This document shows positions 51,366 through 61,333 of a stretch of DNA of 64,000 nucleotides, in pieces. Position numbers and translations under genes: made by a program. Position 1 is the stretch's first letter, and each line of letters starts with the position of its first letter. Source of the stretch: an uncultured delta proteobacterium (GTDB lineage Bacteria > Desulfobacterota > RBG-13-43-22); the NCBI GenBank assembly GCA_963711835.1, contig CAVQFQ010000004.1, positions 160,001-224,000 on the forward strand, read 5' to 3'. Below the pieces are notes generated by a model that ran no database searches, was not told the DNA's origin, and saw nothing but the letters and a program-made list of their open reading frames with translations.

Positions 51366-52062
51366 GGTAAAACCTTCTAACTTTTTTAAGATCTTCCCAG
51401 GCTTCTTTTTTAGCCTCAGGATTTCGGAGAAGATAGGCCGGGTGATAGGTCGCAATGAGCGGAATCCCTTGAAAAGTATGGGTCTTCAATCGCATTTGGG
51501 AAATCGGTTCCTTCGATTGAATTAAGGTCTGGGCGGCGCACTTACCCAGTGCCACCAGCAGCACCGGCCGGACCATTCGAATCTCCTCTTTAAGATAAAA
51601 TGAGCAGGAATGGACCTCATCCTCCTGGGGAGTGCGGTTTTCAGGCGGCCGGCATTTGACCACGTTGGTGATATAAACCTCTTCCCGGCGCAGCTCGATG
51701 GCCTTCAGCATCCGGGTCAGAAGCTGCCCGGCCGCTCCCACAAAAGGATGTCCCTGTTGATCTTCCTCAAAACCAGGCCCTTCGCCGACCCAAAATAAAG
51801 CCGCCCGTTCCGGGCCGAGGCCGGGGACCGCCTGGGTCCTGTTTCGGGACAAAGGGCACTTTCGACAGGCCCGGACTGCCTGGGCTATTTGCGGCAGGCC
51901 GGTAAAGAGGGTCTTCTCCTGTCCTAAGGTTTTAAGAAGGCCCCGGGCCTTTTCAGACAGGGGCAGAAAATGCCGTCCCCGCTGTTTCTCCAGGGCCATT
52001 ATTTCTCCGAGTTGAGCGGCCGCCTGGCCCAGGGTTAGGGTGTCGGAGGCGGGGGTGATCAC
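51349..52062 (-). CDS. Uracil-DNA glycosylase family 4
   Basis: CRKCPL, GEGPG, PFVGAAG, NVVKCRPP, TYHPAYLLR. Confidence 0.93.
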   Translation of the reverse strand: MITPASDTLTLGQAAAQLGEIMALEKQRGRHFLPLSEKARGLLKTLGQEKTLFTGLPQIAQAVRACRKCPLSRNRTQAVPGLGPERAALFWVGEGPGFEEDQQGHPFVGAAGQLLTRMLKAIELRREEVYITNVVKCRPPENRTPQEDEVHSCSFYLKEEIRMVRPVLLVALGKCAAQTLIQSKEPISQMRLKTHTFQGIPLIATYHPAYLLRNPEAKKEAWEDLKKVRRFYHEPTA

Positions 52063-53264
52063 GGCCTCTTCGACCTTTTAATCTTTACGATAGTGTCGAG
52101 AATGAAATGGGCCACTTCATCCTTGGTCAGTATGGGCAGGGATTTTGTCCTCCCATCGGGAAACAGAAGCAGAACCTGATTGGTATCACTGCCGAATCCG
52201 GCCCCGGTTTGCCCGATAGGATTGGCGACAATCAGGTCCAACCGTTTCTCTTTAAGCTTTTGCTGGGCATTCTTCAGGAGGTCTTCGGTCTCGGCCGCAA
52301 ATCCTACCAGAAATTGGGCCTTTTTCTTTTGACCCAGTTGGTAGAGGATATCCGGATTCTGGACCAGGGAGAGATGCAAAGCCGACGGCCTTTTCTTGAT
52401 TTTTTGGGGGGCGAAAGTTTCCGGACGATAGTCGGAAACCGCCGCTGCCTTAATGACGATCGAATTCGAAGGAAATGCCTTTAAGACTTCCTTTTCCATT
52501 TCCAGGGCCGTATTGATGCGGAGGAGCCGCACCCCTGCCGGAGACTCTAAATGGGTAGGTCCGCTGACCAGGGTCACCTGAGCGCCTCTCCTCCGGGCGG
52601 CCCGGGCCAAAGCAAAGCCCATTTTCCCGGTCGAGGGATTGCTGAGAAATCGGACCGGATCCAGGGGCTCCCGGGTGGCCCCGGCCGTAACCAGGACCTT
52701 TTCTCCCTGAAGATCCTGGGGTGAAACAAGGGTCAGGATCTCCTCGAGGATGGACTCCACCTCCGGCAAGCGCCCTTTTCCTTCCTGGCCGCAGGCCAAA
52801 AGGCCTGAGCCGGGCTCCAGGAGAACCCGGCCCCGGTCCCTGAGTCCTTTCATATTGGATTGGACCAGGCTATTCTCATACATCTTGACATTCATGGCCG
52901 GGCAAAAAAGTTGGGGTGCCGGAGAAGCCAGAAGGAAGGTGGAAAGGAGGTCATCACCGATCCCATGGGCCGCCTTGGCGATCAGATTGGCCGTGGCCGG
53001 GGCCAGGACAATCAGGTCGGCCCATTCCGCCAACTGGATATGATCCATGGCCCCCGGACGGTAGGCATCAAAAAGATCGGTATATACCCCCTGGGCTGTC
53101 AGGGCCTGGAAGGTCAGGGGGGCTATAAAACGCTGGGCATTCCGGGTCATGACTACAGCCACCTCGGCCCCGGCCTCAGACAGCCGGCGCAGCAGTTCCA
53201 CGGCTTTATAAGCGGCAATGCCTCCACTAACGCCCAGTACGATATGTTTATCCTGGATTCCCAT
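52059..53264 (-). CDS. coaBC: Phosphopantothenoylcysteine decarboxylase/ligase
   Basis: [44 protein letters not shown]. Confidence 0.96.
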   Translation of the reverse strand: MGIQDKHIVLGVSGGIAAYKAVELLRRLSEAGAEVAVVMTRNAQRFIAPLTFQALTAQGVYTDLFDAYRPGAMDHIQLAEWADLIVLAPATANLIAKAAHGIGDDLLSTFLLASPAPQLFCPAMNVKMYENSLVQSNMKGLRDRGRVLLEPGSGLLACGQEGKGRLPEVESILEEILTLVSPQDLQGEKVLVTAGATREPLDPVRFLSNPSTGKMGFALARAARRRGAQVTLVSGPTHLESPAGVRLLRINTALEMEKEVLKAFPSNSIVIKAAAVSDYRPETFAPQKIKKRPSALHLSLVQNPDILYQLGQKKKAQFLVGFAAETEDLLKNAQQKLKEKRLDLIVANPIGQTGAGFGSDTNQVLLLFPDGRTKSLPILTKDEVAHFILDTIVKIKRSKRP

Positions 53265-53310
53265 GAGTAACGGCGATCCTCATTGTTAAAAAGAGCGGTG
53301 TTGTATTGCC

Positions 53311-53802
53311 CTAGGCCCCATTCTGAGTCGGGATGACCCAGACTTCGACCCTGGTATTAAACATGCTTTCCTCGATGGTAATAACGCAACGTTTGTTCTT
53401 TTTTTCAAACAGCAAAACGGTTTTAGGAGGGAGTTTGAAGTAGCCTTTTAACTGCCAGTTGTCCTTGGCCATACTGTCCTTGAAAAACGATACGATGGAA
53501 TTGACCTGCACATAGCCGTCTAAGGCCAGGACCCCGGCTACCAGGCTGGGGGTCTGGAAGACCCGGGACTTTTTTGAATCCAGCGTCAGCTCGTTGGGGA
53601 TCTTCACATCTTCAAAATCATAATAACGGGCATCGGGGCGGTCTGATTTTTTAGCCCCGATCTGGGGTGCCGAGGGAACCGGGGTGGCGGTCGATTCTTT
53701 CTTTTGCTCCTGGACCACACTTCCGCAGCCGAAGAGGAAGCCTGCCAAACCCAGAATCAATATTACCAGACCCATGCCTTTTGCACATTTACTCAATACC
53801 AT
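53311..53802 (-). CDS. Hypothetical lipoprotein
   Basis: Lipobox LFGC; YYDFEDVKIP..MAKDNW; AAAGGAG SD. Confidence 0.75.
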   Translation of the reverse strand: MVLSKCAKGMGLVILILGLAGFLFGCGSVVQEQKKESTATPVPSAPQIGAKKSDRPDARYYDFEDVKIPNELTLDSKKSRVFQTPSLVAGVLALDGYVQVNSIVSFFKDSMAKDNWQLKGYFKLPPKTVLLFEKKNKRCVITIEESMFNTRVEVWVIPTQNGA

Positions 53803-53975
53803 GTTCCTGCTCCTTTCTAACAGTCAAATTTAATTAGTGTTTTTTAGATAGCAGCCGACCCTCAATAAGGGCAAACTTCTTAAATTACTTATCATTCTCC
53901 ATCAGGGAAGTCAAGCGAAACCGATGCTTATGGTCTGCCGATTTAAAAAAGGGTTGTCCGGTAAGAATTGCGGAT

Positions 53976-54018
53976 TTTCGACCCTTTCCGCCGCGGCGGA
54001 CTCGACTCCTTGAATCCT
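53976..54018. repeat. REP-like palindrome TCCGCCGCGGCGGA among degenerate octamer repeats
   Basis: ttcgaccct-ttccgccgcggcgga-ctcgactcc-ttgaatcct. Confidence 0.55.
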
Positions 54019-54058
54019 GGATCATCGCCAGCTTTTTTGGAGATGATCCAAATTTTCT

Positions 54059-54700
54059 CTACCAAGTCAATCCGTGAACAACTCCGTGGCAGCGGCAGGA
54101 GGTGCCGATAAAAAAAGGGGGTCGGGCCCTCAAGACCTCTTCTCTTATCCTTTTGAGTTCCTTAAAAGGGTATCCCCCCACACCGGGAGCCAGTTGCCGG
54201 CTTTCGATGATCTTCAAGCTGCCTTGCCTCAACTTTTTTTGGGTTAAATGCTTCCAGAGAGGCAGGACCCTTTTCTCTTGGGTCAGGAAACAAAATCGTA
54301 AGGGGGAAGGGCAATTATCCGGACAGGTAAAAGAGGCCCTGCTCAGATAAAGTCCTTTCCCCATCTTTAGGGCAAAAGGCAGATCCGAGCCTAAGACTTG
54401 GGGCGGAGAAATCGTCTTGACCTTTTTGGGTTCGGGGAAATTCAAGACCAGCCATTTCCAGGCCAGGTGGATCGGCAAAGAAGGGATGATCCAATCCGTA
54501 TTTTTTATGGCCTCCTGGTACTGAAATAGAAATTCGGGTCCGTCATGCAAAACTCGGATACCGGGGTGAGGTCCCTCCTCAAGCAAGGCCTTGGGGTTGG
54601 AATCCACGATCCAGATCCTGGCCCTCGGCCAGAGTTTCATCACCCTGGGCAGGGCCAATTTCCCGAATTTTCCGAATCCGACAATAAAGACCTGGGTCAT
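54059..54700 (-). CDS. Hypothetical protein, Rossmann-like N-terminus and Cys-rich C-terminus
   Basis: VFIVGFGKFG; CPDNCPSPLRFC; SRQLAPGVGGY; TSCRCHG. Confidence 0.75.
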   Translation of the reverse strand: MTQVFIVGFGKFGKLALPRVMKLWPRARIWIVDSNPKALLEEGPHPGIRVLHDGPEFLFQYQEAIKNTDWIIPSLPIHLAWKWLVLNFPEPKKVKTISPPQVLGSDLPFALKMGKGLYLSRASFTCPDNCPSPLRFCFLTQEKRVLPLWKHLTQKKLRQGSLKIIESRQLAPGVGGYPFKELKRIREEVLRARPPFFIGTSCRCHGVVHGLTW

Positions 54701-55539
54701 GGGCTGCTTCTGGGGAAGATCCCCAATACCGTCGGGAGCTTGGCCGCTCGATCCGGTGAAAAAAATCGTGCCGGCTCCAGGCTATTGCCCTGGCCTTCGA
54801 AGAGGTATTTGAACTGTTTTAATTGGATCTGCAACTGGGTGCGCGTCCCTCCATCCAGGTTGAGCACCAGCTCCAAACCGAGCGGAAGCTCCTTGAGATA
54901 ATGGCCCAGTCGGTAGAGAGTAAAATAGGGTTTTTCGGTAATGATCAGGTAGAGGATTCCCTGGCGGTCCCTGGCCAGGATGGTCCGGTTGGCTTGAAAG
55001 CTGCTCTCATTCACCCGGACCCGCCCCTTGGGATCCAGCAGGATGGGAAAGGATTGGATTCCCTGCTCGTAGGAGGCCATGAGCTGCTCGCTCTGGGGAT
55101 CTTTCAGGTCGATCAGGGTGGCCTTGGGCAGGGTCTCAAACCCTTTCTTAGGCTCGGCCAGAAACATCCCTTTCATCGCTTTGTTGTTGTAGGGACCGAT
55201 AAAGGTTCCATTTACCAGGATCCTTCCAGCCGGCAAAAAATTCTCCTGATAAAATCCCCCGTTGCACAGGATGGGCGCCCCGGTGGTTTGTTGCCATTCT
55301 TTCAGGGTCTTGGGCTCCCGGTTAAAAAAAACTCGAAAGGCCCAGAGCTCCGGTTGAAGGCGGAGGATCACCAGGGTGTCTAAAAGGGTCTCCCGGTTCC
55401 GGACTTCCCAGCGATAAAATGAAAGTCCGGGTGCCGGTGTATTCCAGGGGACTGAGGGAAGGGGCGCCTTATCTTGAGAAAAAGCACCGGCCTGGAGAAC
55501 CAACAGAAACAGAGGTAGCAGGGCAATGACACGTTTCAT
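54697..55539 (-). CDS. Phosphodiester glycosidase (NAGPA/DUF2233) family exported protein
   Basis: Signal peptide, NGGFY, NRT, LNLDGG. Confidence 0.8.
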   Translation of the reverse strand: MKRVIALLPLFLLVLQAGAFSQDKAPLPSVPWNTPAPGLSFYRWEVRNRETLLDTLVILRLQPELWAFRVFFNREPKTLKEWQQTTGAPILCNGGFYQENFLPAGRILVNGTFIGPYNNKAMKGMFLAEPKKGFETLPKATLIDLKDPQSEQLMASYEQGIQSFPILLDPKGRVRVNESSFQANRTILARDRQGILYLIITEKPYFTLYRLGHYLKELPLGLELVLNLDGGTRTQLQIQLKQFKYLFEGQGNSLEPARFFSPDRAAKLPTVLGIFPRSSP

Positions 55540-55572
55540 AAGGTGAAAGGGATGGGCAAAGAAATAAAAATA

Positions 55573-55648
55573 TGGAGGCGGCAACCGGACTCGAACCGGT
55601 GAATAACGGTTTTGCAGACCGCTGCCTTAGCCACTTGGCTATGCCGCC
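55573..55648 (-). tRNA. tRNA-Cys(GCA)
   Basis: GGCGGCATAGCCAAGTGG...CTGCAAA...GGTTCGAGTCC...GCCGCCTCCA. Confidence 0.96.
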
Positions 55649-55672
55649 TTCTTTTTGGGGGAAGAAATGAAT

Positions 55673-55747
<75 letters not shown>

Positions 55748-55757
55748 TCAAAAATAA

Positions 55758-55786
55758 AATGTAGTTCAAAAAGGGGATTTTGTCAA
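55758..55786 (-). promoter_or_regulatory. Sigma70 promoter of the tRNA pair
   Basis: TTGACA, 17 nt, TACATT, 10 nt upstream of tRNA-Gly. Confidence 0.7.
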
Positions 55787-55810
55787 AGGAAAAATTGATC
55801 GCCCGGCGGG

Positions 55811-56386
55811 TCAGCCTTTGGCCCCTTTATCCATAATCATCGAATAATATTGATAAAAATAAATCAAACCCGACCAGATGGTCAAGACCAAGGCTATCCA
55901 GAGCAGGATCAACCCCCAGAAATGAAAGTCGATATTAAAATAGGTGTAGTGGAGCATCAAGGGGATGAGAGCCAGGGCCTGGAAAAAAGTCTTGCCCTTC
56001 CCCCAAGCAGAGGCCGCCATGATTTGGCCTTTGCCGGCCAGGACGGCCCTGAGCCAGGTAACCGCGATCTCTCTGGCAATAATCAGGAACCCCATCCAGG
56101 CCTGGACCCGGTCCAGGTCGATAAGCATGATCAGAGAACCGCCGATCAGCAGTTTATCGGCCAGAGGATCCAACAGCTTTCCGACCCGGGTGACCAGATT
56201 TTTCTTTCTGGCGATGAAGCCATCCAGCCAGTCGGTCAAAAAAGCCGCTGAAAAAGCCAGGGTGGCCCAGAAACTGGAACGGGGCTTGCCGGTATCAAGT
56301 AGGAAAAGGATCAGCGGGATGGAGGCGATGCGCAGGGAAGTAAGGGTATTGGGGATGTTAAGAAACGAAGGGTTGAGAGCGGCCAT
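55811..56386 (-). CDS. pgsA: CDP-diacylglycerol--glycerol-3-phosphate 3-phosphatidyltransferase
   Basis: NIPNTLT..R, TDWLDGFIAR, GKLLDPLADK, GKGKT..Q. Confidence 0.94.
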   Translation of the reverse strand: MAALNPSFLNIPNTLTSLRIASIPLILFLLDTGKPRSSFWATLAFSAAFLTDWLDGFIARKKNLVTRVGKLLDPLADKLLIGGSLIMLIDLDRVQAWMGFLIIAREIAVTWLRAVLAGKGQIMAASAWGKGKTFFQALALIPLMLHYTYFNIDFHFWGLILLWIALVLTIWSGLIYFYQYYSMIMDKGAKG

Positions 56387-56401
56387 TAATGGATTTCAAT
56401 C

Positions 56402-57067
56402 TCACCTGGATGAAACCATTGGGACTTTAAGACGATTATAGAGTTGGGTCACTTTTTGGACATAATTTCTGGTTTCCAGATACGGCGGGATGCCGCGATG
56501 GAGATTGACCTTTTCCGGACCGGCATTATAAGCCGCCAGGACCAGGGGCAACTCGTTGTTAAACAGGTCCATAAGATACCGCAGGTAGCGGGTTCCGCCG
56601 TGGATATTTTCTCCGGGATGGAAAGGGTCGCTTACCTGAAGATCCCGGGCGGTCTGAGGCATCAGTTGCATCAGCCCCTGGGCCCCTTTGGGAGAAACAG
56701 CCGAGGGATTAAAGTTGGATTCCACCTGAATGACGGCCTGGATCAGTTTGGGATCGACCCCGTAGGATTGAGAAGCCTCGCTAATGTGGTTTTCAATGAA
56801 AGGCAGTTCGGCCTGGCTGGCTTTAACCAGGGGAGGAAAAGAAATTTTACGGTTGGCCCGGCCGGGTCCGGGAGACTGGCTTTTCTGGTATTCCCGCAAA
56901 TAGAGACGGTATTTGGTCTCGGTCGGGACATTGGTAAAGTGGATCACTCCCCCGTCGTCTTCGAATCGGTAAATATCCCCCTGGACCGGATCCGGGACTC
57001 CGGCAACCAGGAGCCCGAGGCTGAGAAACCAGAAAACGCTTCCGGATAGGGAGGATCGTCTCATCAT
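56402..57067 (-). CDS. Lytic transglycosylase (DUF4124-like + SLT)
   Basis: DIYRFEDDGGVIHFTNVP; AVIQVESNF, GAQGLMQL, AAYNAG, ETRNYV. Confidence 0.9.
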   Translation of the reverse strand: MMRRSSLSGSVFWFLSLGLLVAGVPDPVQGDIYRFEDDGGVIHFTNVPTETKYRLYLREYQKSQSPGPGRANRKISFPPLVKASQAELPFIENHISEASQSYGVDPKLIQAVIQVESNFNPSAVSPKGAQGLMQLMPQTARDLQVSDPFHPGENIHGGTRYLRYLMDLFNNELPLVLAAYNAGPEKVNLHRGIPPYLETRNYVQKVTQLYNRLKVPMVSSR

Positions 57068-57717
57068 TACTTTTTCCCCGGAATCTTTTCCCAATCCTCC
57101 TTAAAGCGCTTAATCCCCATATCCGTTAAGGGATGATGGGCCAACTGCAGGAGGACCTTGTAGGGTATGGTAGCAATATCGGCCCCCATGAGGGCCGCCG
57201 ACAGGATGTGCATCGGATGGCGAATCGAGGCCACGATGATCTCGGTTTCGTACCCGTAATTATTATAGATCTCCACCGTCTGGTTAACAACCTCCATCCC
57301 CTCCTGGGATATGTCATCCAGCCTGCCCACAAAAGGGCTGACGTAACTCGCACCGGCCTTGGCCGCCAACAAGGCCTGGATAGGGGAAAAGATCAGGGTC
57401 ACATTGGTCGGAATGCCGAGGGAGGATAATTTCTTGACCGCCTTGAGTCCTTCCGGGTTCATGGGGATCTTGACGGTAATATTTTTGTGAATCCCGGCCA
57501 GAGACCGGCCTTCTTTGATCATTTCCGGAGCCGACTCGGAAATCACTTCGGCATTGACCGGCCCGTCAACCAGTTGACAGATTTTTTTAATCAGTTCCCT
57601 GGGCCTTTCCTTTTCCCTGGAAAGCAGAGAAGGGTTGGTGGTAACGCCGTCAACTAATCCGAGATCTACGGCCGCCTCAATCTCTTTGAGGTTGGCCGTA
57701 TCAATGAAAAATTTCAT
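57067..57717 (-). CDS. tal: Transaldolase (TalC/FSA subfamily)
   Basis: [18 protein letters not shown]; NAEV (Glu) and SPFVGR (Phe) point to transaldolase rather than FSA. Confidence 0.9.
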   Translation of the reverse strand: MKFFIDTANLKEIEAAVDLGLVDGVTTNPSLLSREKERPRELIKKICQLVDGPVNAEVISESAPEMIKEGRSLAGIHKNITVKIPMNPEGLKAVKKLSSLGIPTNVTLIFSPIQALLAAKAGASYVSPFVGRLDDISQEGMEVVNQTVEIYNNYGYETEIIVASIRHPMHILSAALMGADIATIPYKVLLQLAHHPLTDMGIKRFKEDWEKIPGKK

Positions 57718-57744
57718 AGCTACCCCTTTTTAGAACCCTTCCGG

Positions 57745-58017
57745 TCATTCGGATGAAGGGTCGGTCTTTTTAAGGACTTTTTCTTTATAATGGTCCCGGC
57801 AGGCGGGACTGCAAAAATATTCCTTTTTTCCCCCCTCCAAATGCAGGACCAGGGAACGGCCTTTAGGCACATAGACCTTACAGACCGGATCCTCGACCAT
57901 TTCATCCTGAATTTCTCTGGGAGGGGCCTTCCTGGGGATCGTCTTAAACCAAGAGCTTCCCCGCAGAAGCCGGATAATGACATAAACAACAACAAAAATT
58001 ATAATCCATCTGAGCAT
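57745..58017 (-). CDS. YHS/TRASH-domain small membrane protein
   Basis: N-terminal TM; MVEDPVCKVYVP..YFCSPACR. Confidence 0.85.
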   Translation of the reverse strand: MLRWIIIFVVVYVIIRLLRGSSWFKTIPRKAPPREIQDEMVEDPVCKVYVPKGRSLVLHLEGGKKEYFCSPACRDHYKEKVLKKTDPSSE

Positions 58018-58040
58018 GGTTGTATAGAAAAATGTTCCAA

Positions 58041-58537
58041 TCAATCAGGCATTTTTATCAAACCATTGTCCGAGGAAGACAAGGCTTCCCTCAATTCGGC
58101 TATGGTCCGCTTCAAAACCGGATGGCGGTAATCCGGGGCGATCTCGGCCATCGGTTCCAGGACAAATCTCCTTTTAACCATTTCCGGATGAGGCAGGGTC
58201 AAAAAGGAGCCATTCAGAATCAGCCGGTCATAACACAAAAGATCCAGGTCGATCACCCGGGGTCCCCATTTTACGGTCCGGCGGCGTCCCATGGCCTTCT
58301 CGATGCCCAGCAGTTGCTCCAATAGTTCTTCCGGGGCAAGGTCCGTTTCGACCAGCACCACCCCGTTGATAAACCACTCCGGATCCTTCAGACCGACCGG
58401 TTCGGTCAAATACCAGGAAGACCGTTTGAGCAGGGTAATCCGGGCCTGGTTCTTGAGCCGGTCCAGGGCTTCCTGACAATTTTTTTTTTATCTCCCCGAT
58501 TGGAGCCCAGACCGATAAAGGCCGGATAGGTCGCCAT
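58041..58537 (-). pseudogene. folK: FolK pyrophosphokinase with a frameshift in an A10 run (real or sequencing error)
   Basis: MATYPAFIGLGSNRGD from ATG 58537; A10 at 58480-58489 (A11 restores a 165-aa frame); downstream YLTEP, FINGV, WGPRVIDLDLL, LPHP. Confidence 0.9.
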
Positions 58538-59706
58538 TAAAAGCCCACTTTCTTCAGACGGGCTACGGCCTCTTCCAGCCGCTCTTCGGGCACGGTCAGG
58601 GAAATCCTGAAATACCCTTCACCCGGATCGCCGAAGCCGTTTCCCGGCGTAGTAACCATGCCGGCCTGCTGGAGAAGGTGGAGGGTGGTCCGGGTCGAAG
58701 TATAGCCCGGGGGGACTTCGATCCAGAGATAAAAAGTGGCCTTAGGAGGCTCAACCTTGAGTCCGATGGACCTCAGGCCTTGAACCATCAGGTCCCTACG
58801 GGCTTGATAGACCTTCCGCAGGCGCTCCAGACCATCCTGGGGGCCGTTTAGGGCCTCTATACCGGCGCACTGGATGGCTTGAGCGGCCCCGGAATCGATG
58901 TTGCTCTTGACCTGGCTCAACCCTCCGATCAATTCCTTATTTCCCACGGCGAAGCCTATCCGCCAGCCAGTCATATTATAGGTCTTGGACAGGGAATGAA
59001 ATTCAAGGCCTATATCCTTGGCCCCCGGGATCTCCAAGAAACTCATGGGCCGGTAGCCGTCATAGGATATTTCGGAATAGGCGGCATCATGGCAGACCAT
59101 GATCCGGTGTTCCCGGGCGAATTGAACCACGTTTTCAAAAAAATCCCTTCCGGCCACAGCCGCCGTGGGGTTATTCGGATAGTTGATATAAAGGAGCTTG
59201 GCCTGGTTGGCCGTCTCCTCAGAAACAAGGGATAAATCAGGAAGAAAGCCGTTTTCCCGGAGCAGGGGAAGGAAATGTGAGCGGCCGCCTGCAAAAAGGA
59301 CCCCGGTAAAATAGACCGGATATCCCGGACTGGAGACCAGAGCCAGGTCTCCCGGATTGATAAAGGCCAAAGGAAAATGGGCGATGCCTTCTTTCGATCC
59401 GATCAGCGTTACCACTTCGCTATCGGGGTCCAGCGCCACCCCAAAGCGTTGCCGATACCAGCCGGCTACAGCCCGGCGAAAGTCGTTCATCCCAGAATAA
59501 GAGGGATAACGATGGTTCTTGGGCTCCCGGGCGGCTTGAGCCAGACGATCCAGGATAGGAGCCGGAGTGGGCAGGTCCGGGTCCCCCACGCCCAGGTCGA
59601 TGATATCCACGCCCTTAGCTTGGACCTCGGCCTTCAGGCGGTCGATTTCCATGAACAGGTAAGGGGGAAGTTGTTTAAGACGATCCGACCTCTGAATCCA
59701 ATCCAC
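58537..59706 (-). CDS. dapL: LL-diaminopimelate aminotransferase
   Basis: LPPYLF, GDPDLPT, GSKEG, YPNNPT, HSLSKTYNMTGWRIG; lies within the dap/lys cluster. Confidence 0.85.
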   Translation of the reverse strand: MDWIQRSDRLKQLPPYLFMEIDRLKAEVQAKGVDIIDLGVGDPDLPTPAPILDRLAQAAREPKNHRYPSYSGMNDFRRAVAGWYRQRFGVALDPDSEVVTLIGSKEGIAHFPLAFINPGDLALVSSPGYPVYFTGVLFAGGRSHFLPLLRENGFLPDLSLVSEETANQAKLLYINYPNNPTAAVAGRDFFENVVQFAREHRIMVCHDAAYSEISYDGYRPMSFLEIPGAKDIGLEFHSLSKTYNMTGWRIGFAVGNKELIGGLSQVKSNIDSGAAQAIQCAGIEALNGPQDGLERLRKVYQARRDLMVQGLRSIGLKVEPPKATFYLWIEVPPGYTSTRTTLHLLQQAGMVTTPGNGFGDPGEGYFRISLTVPEERLEEAVARLKKVGF

Positions 59707-59726
59707 GGTAAAACTCCTTTTCAATA

Positions 59727-59760
59727 GGCTATGAGCTATCAGCTATCAGCTTAGAGCTAA
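59727..59760. repeat. Short tandem heptamer repeat (AGCTATC-like)
   Basis: ggctatg-agctatc-agctatc-agcttag-agctaa. Confidence 0.8.
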
Positions 59761-59761
59761 T

Positions 59762-60520
59762 TCAAACTACAAAATTGACCAGTTTCCCGACATTTTCTAT
59801 CTGAATTTCAATGGTGTCCCCTTGTTTCATTGGGCCGATCCCGGATGGGGTCCCGGTGGAAACCACATCGCCGGGGTGTAAGGTCATGATGTTTGAAATA
59901 AACCGGATCAGAAAAGGTATGGAAAAAATGAGTCGGCTGGTACGGGACGACTGGCGCCGCTCACCGTTCAAGTAGGCTTCCACAGCGAGGTCGCTGGGAT
60001 CAATATCCGTGGTCAGGTAGGGACCGATGGGGCAAAAAGTGTCAAAACCCTTGGCCCGGGTCCATTGCCCGTCTTTTTGCTGAAGATCACGTGCGGTTAC
60101 GTCGTTCAGGCAGGTAAAACCAGCCACGTAATCCAAGGTATCCGCCTCGGCTACCTGTCGGCAGGTCTTTCCGATCACTACGGCCAACTCGGCCTCGTAA
60201 TCCACCCGGGCTGAAGCCGCCGGATAAAGAATCTCTCCCAGATGCCCGATGATGGCGGTTGGGGGTTTGATGAAAATAACGGGTTCATCCGGAATGGCCA
60301 GGCCGACCTCTCGGGCATGGTCCTGATAATTGAGGCCCAGGCAGACAATCTTGGTCGGCTGGGAGGGCGGAAGAAAGGTGATCTCCTCAAAGCTGAATAA
60401 CTGGCTGGTCCCCTGATAAAAACCGAAAGGTGTCCCTTCGATTCTTTCCACGGTATGTTCCCCGACCAGAATCCCATAGTACGTCTCTTTTTGATAGCGG
60501 AATCGGAGGAAGGATCGCAT
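59762..60520 (-). CDS. Fumarylacetoacetate hydrolase family protein
   Basis: KIVCLGLNY, DYEAEL, NDVTARD, KGFDTFCP, TGTP. Confidence 0.92.
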   Translation of the reverse strand: MRSFLRFRYQKETYYGILVGEHTVERIEGTPFGFYQGTSQLFSFEEITFLPPSQPTKIVCLGLNYQDHAREVGLAIPDEPVIFIKPPTAIIGHLGEILYPAASARVDYEAELAVVIGKTCRQVAEADTLDYVAGFTCLNDVTARDLQQKDGQWTRAKGFDTFCPIGPYLTTDIDPSDLAVEAYLNGERRQSSRTSRLIFSIPFLIRFISNIMTLHPGDVVSTGTPSGIGPMKQGDTIEIQIENVGKLVNFVV

Positions 60521-60526
60521 AGCCAC

Positions 60527-61333
60527 CTACCCTTTCAACCCCAGGACATCCTGCATATCATAGAGACCGTTGGGTTGTCCCAGAATCCAACGGGCGGCCC
60601 GTAAGGCCCCCCGGGCAAAGGTATCCCGATTGTGAGCCCGGTGGGTAATTTCTAGGCGTTCACCCATTCCGCCGAAGAGGACGGTATGTTCGCCTACGAT
60701 GTCGCCGGCCCGGAAGGTCTGGATACCTATTTCATCGGGATTCCGCTCTCCGATGAGGCCTTTCCTTTGGTAAACGGCCGCCTTATCCAAATCCAGGCAG
60801 CGGGCCTGAGCCAGGATTTCGGCCAATTTCAAGGCCGTTCCGCTGGGGGCGTCCTTTTTCATCTTGTGGTGTATTTCCAGTATCTCCATATTGTACTCTT
60901 CTCCCAGGGTCGCGGCGATTTCCTTGACCACCTTAAAAAGCAGGTTTACACCGATACTCATATTCGGGGCCAGCACACAGGGAACCGAACCGGATAAGGC
61001 CTTGACCTCTTCCATCTCCTGCCCGGTAAACCCGGTACTGCCGATAACGATGGGTTTTTCCTTCCTAGCGGCCAGGCGCAGGTTTTCAAGAGAAGCCGTA
61101 TGAAAAGTAAAATCGATAATGACCTGGCCGCGCTCGATGATTTCCTCCAGCCCGGGGACAATGAGCAGGTCCATTTTCCCCAGACCCAGCCATTCCCCGA
61201 GGTCCCGGCGGACAGCAGGGTGCCCCTCCTTTTCAACGGCCCCGGCTACCTCCATATCCCCGCTTTCAACGATAAGAGGAATGATCCTTCCTCCCATCCG
61301 GCCTCCGGCACCGGCCACCAGGGTTTTTATCAT
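60527..61333 (-). CDS. dapB: 4-hydroxy-tetrahydrodipicolinate reductase
   Basis: GAGGRMG, IDFT, EIHHKMKKDAPSGTA, GEHTV, FARGA. Confidence 0.97.
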   Translation of the reverse strand: MIKTLVAGAGGRMGGRIIPLIVESGDMEVAGAVEKEGHPAVRRDLGEWLGLGKMDLLIVPGLEEIIERGQVIIDFTFHTASLENLRLAARKEKPIVIGSTGFTGQEMEEVKALSGSVPCVLAPNMSIGVNLLFKVVKEIAATLGEEYNMEILEIHHKMKKDAPSGTALKLAEILAQARCLDLDKAAVYQRKGLIGERNPDEIGIQTFRAGDIVGEHTVLFGGMGERLEITHRAHNRDTFARGALRAARWILGQPNGLYDMQDVLGLKG

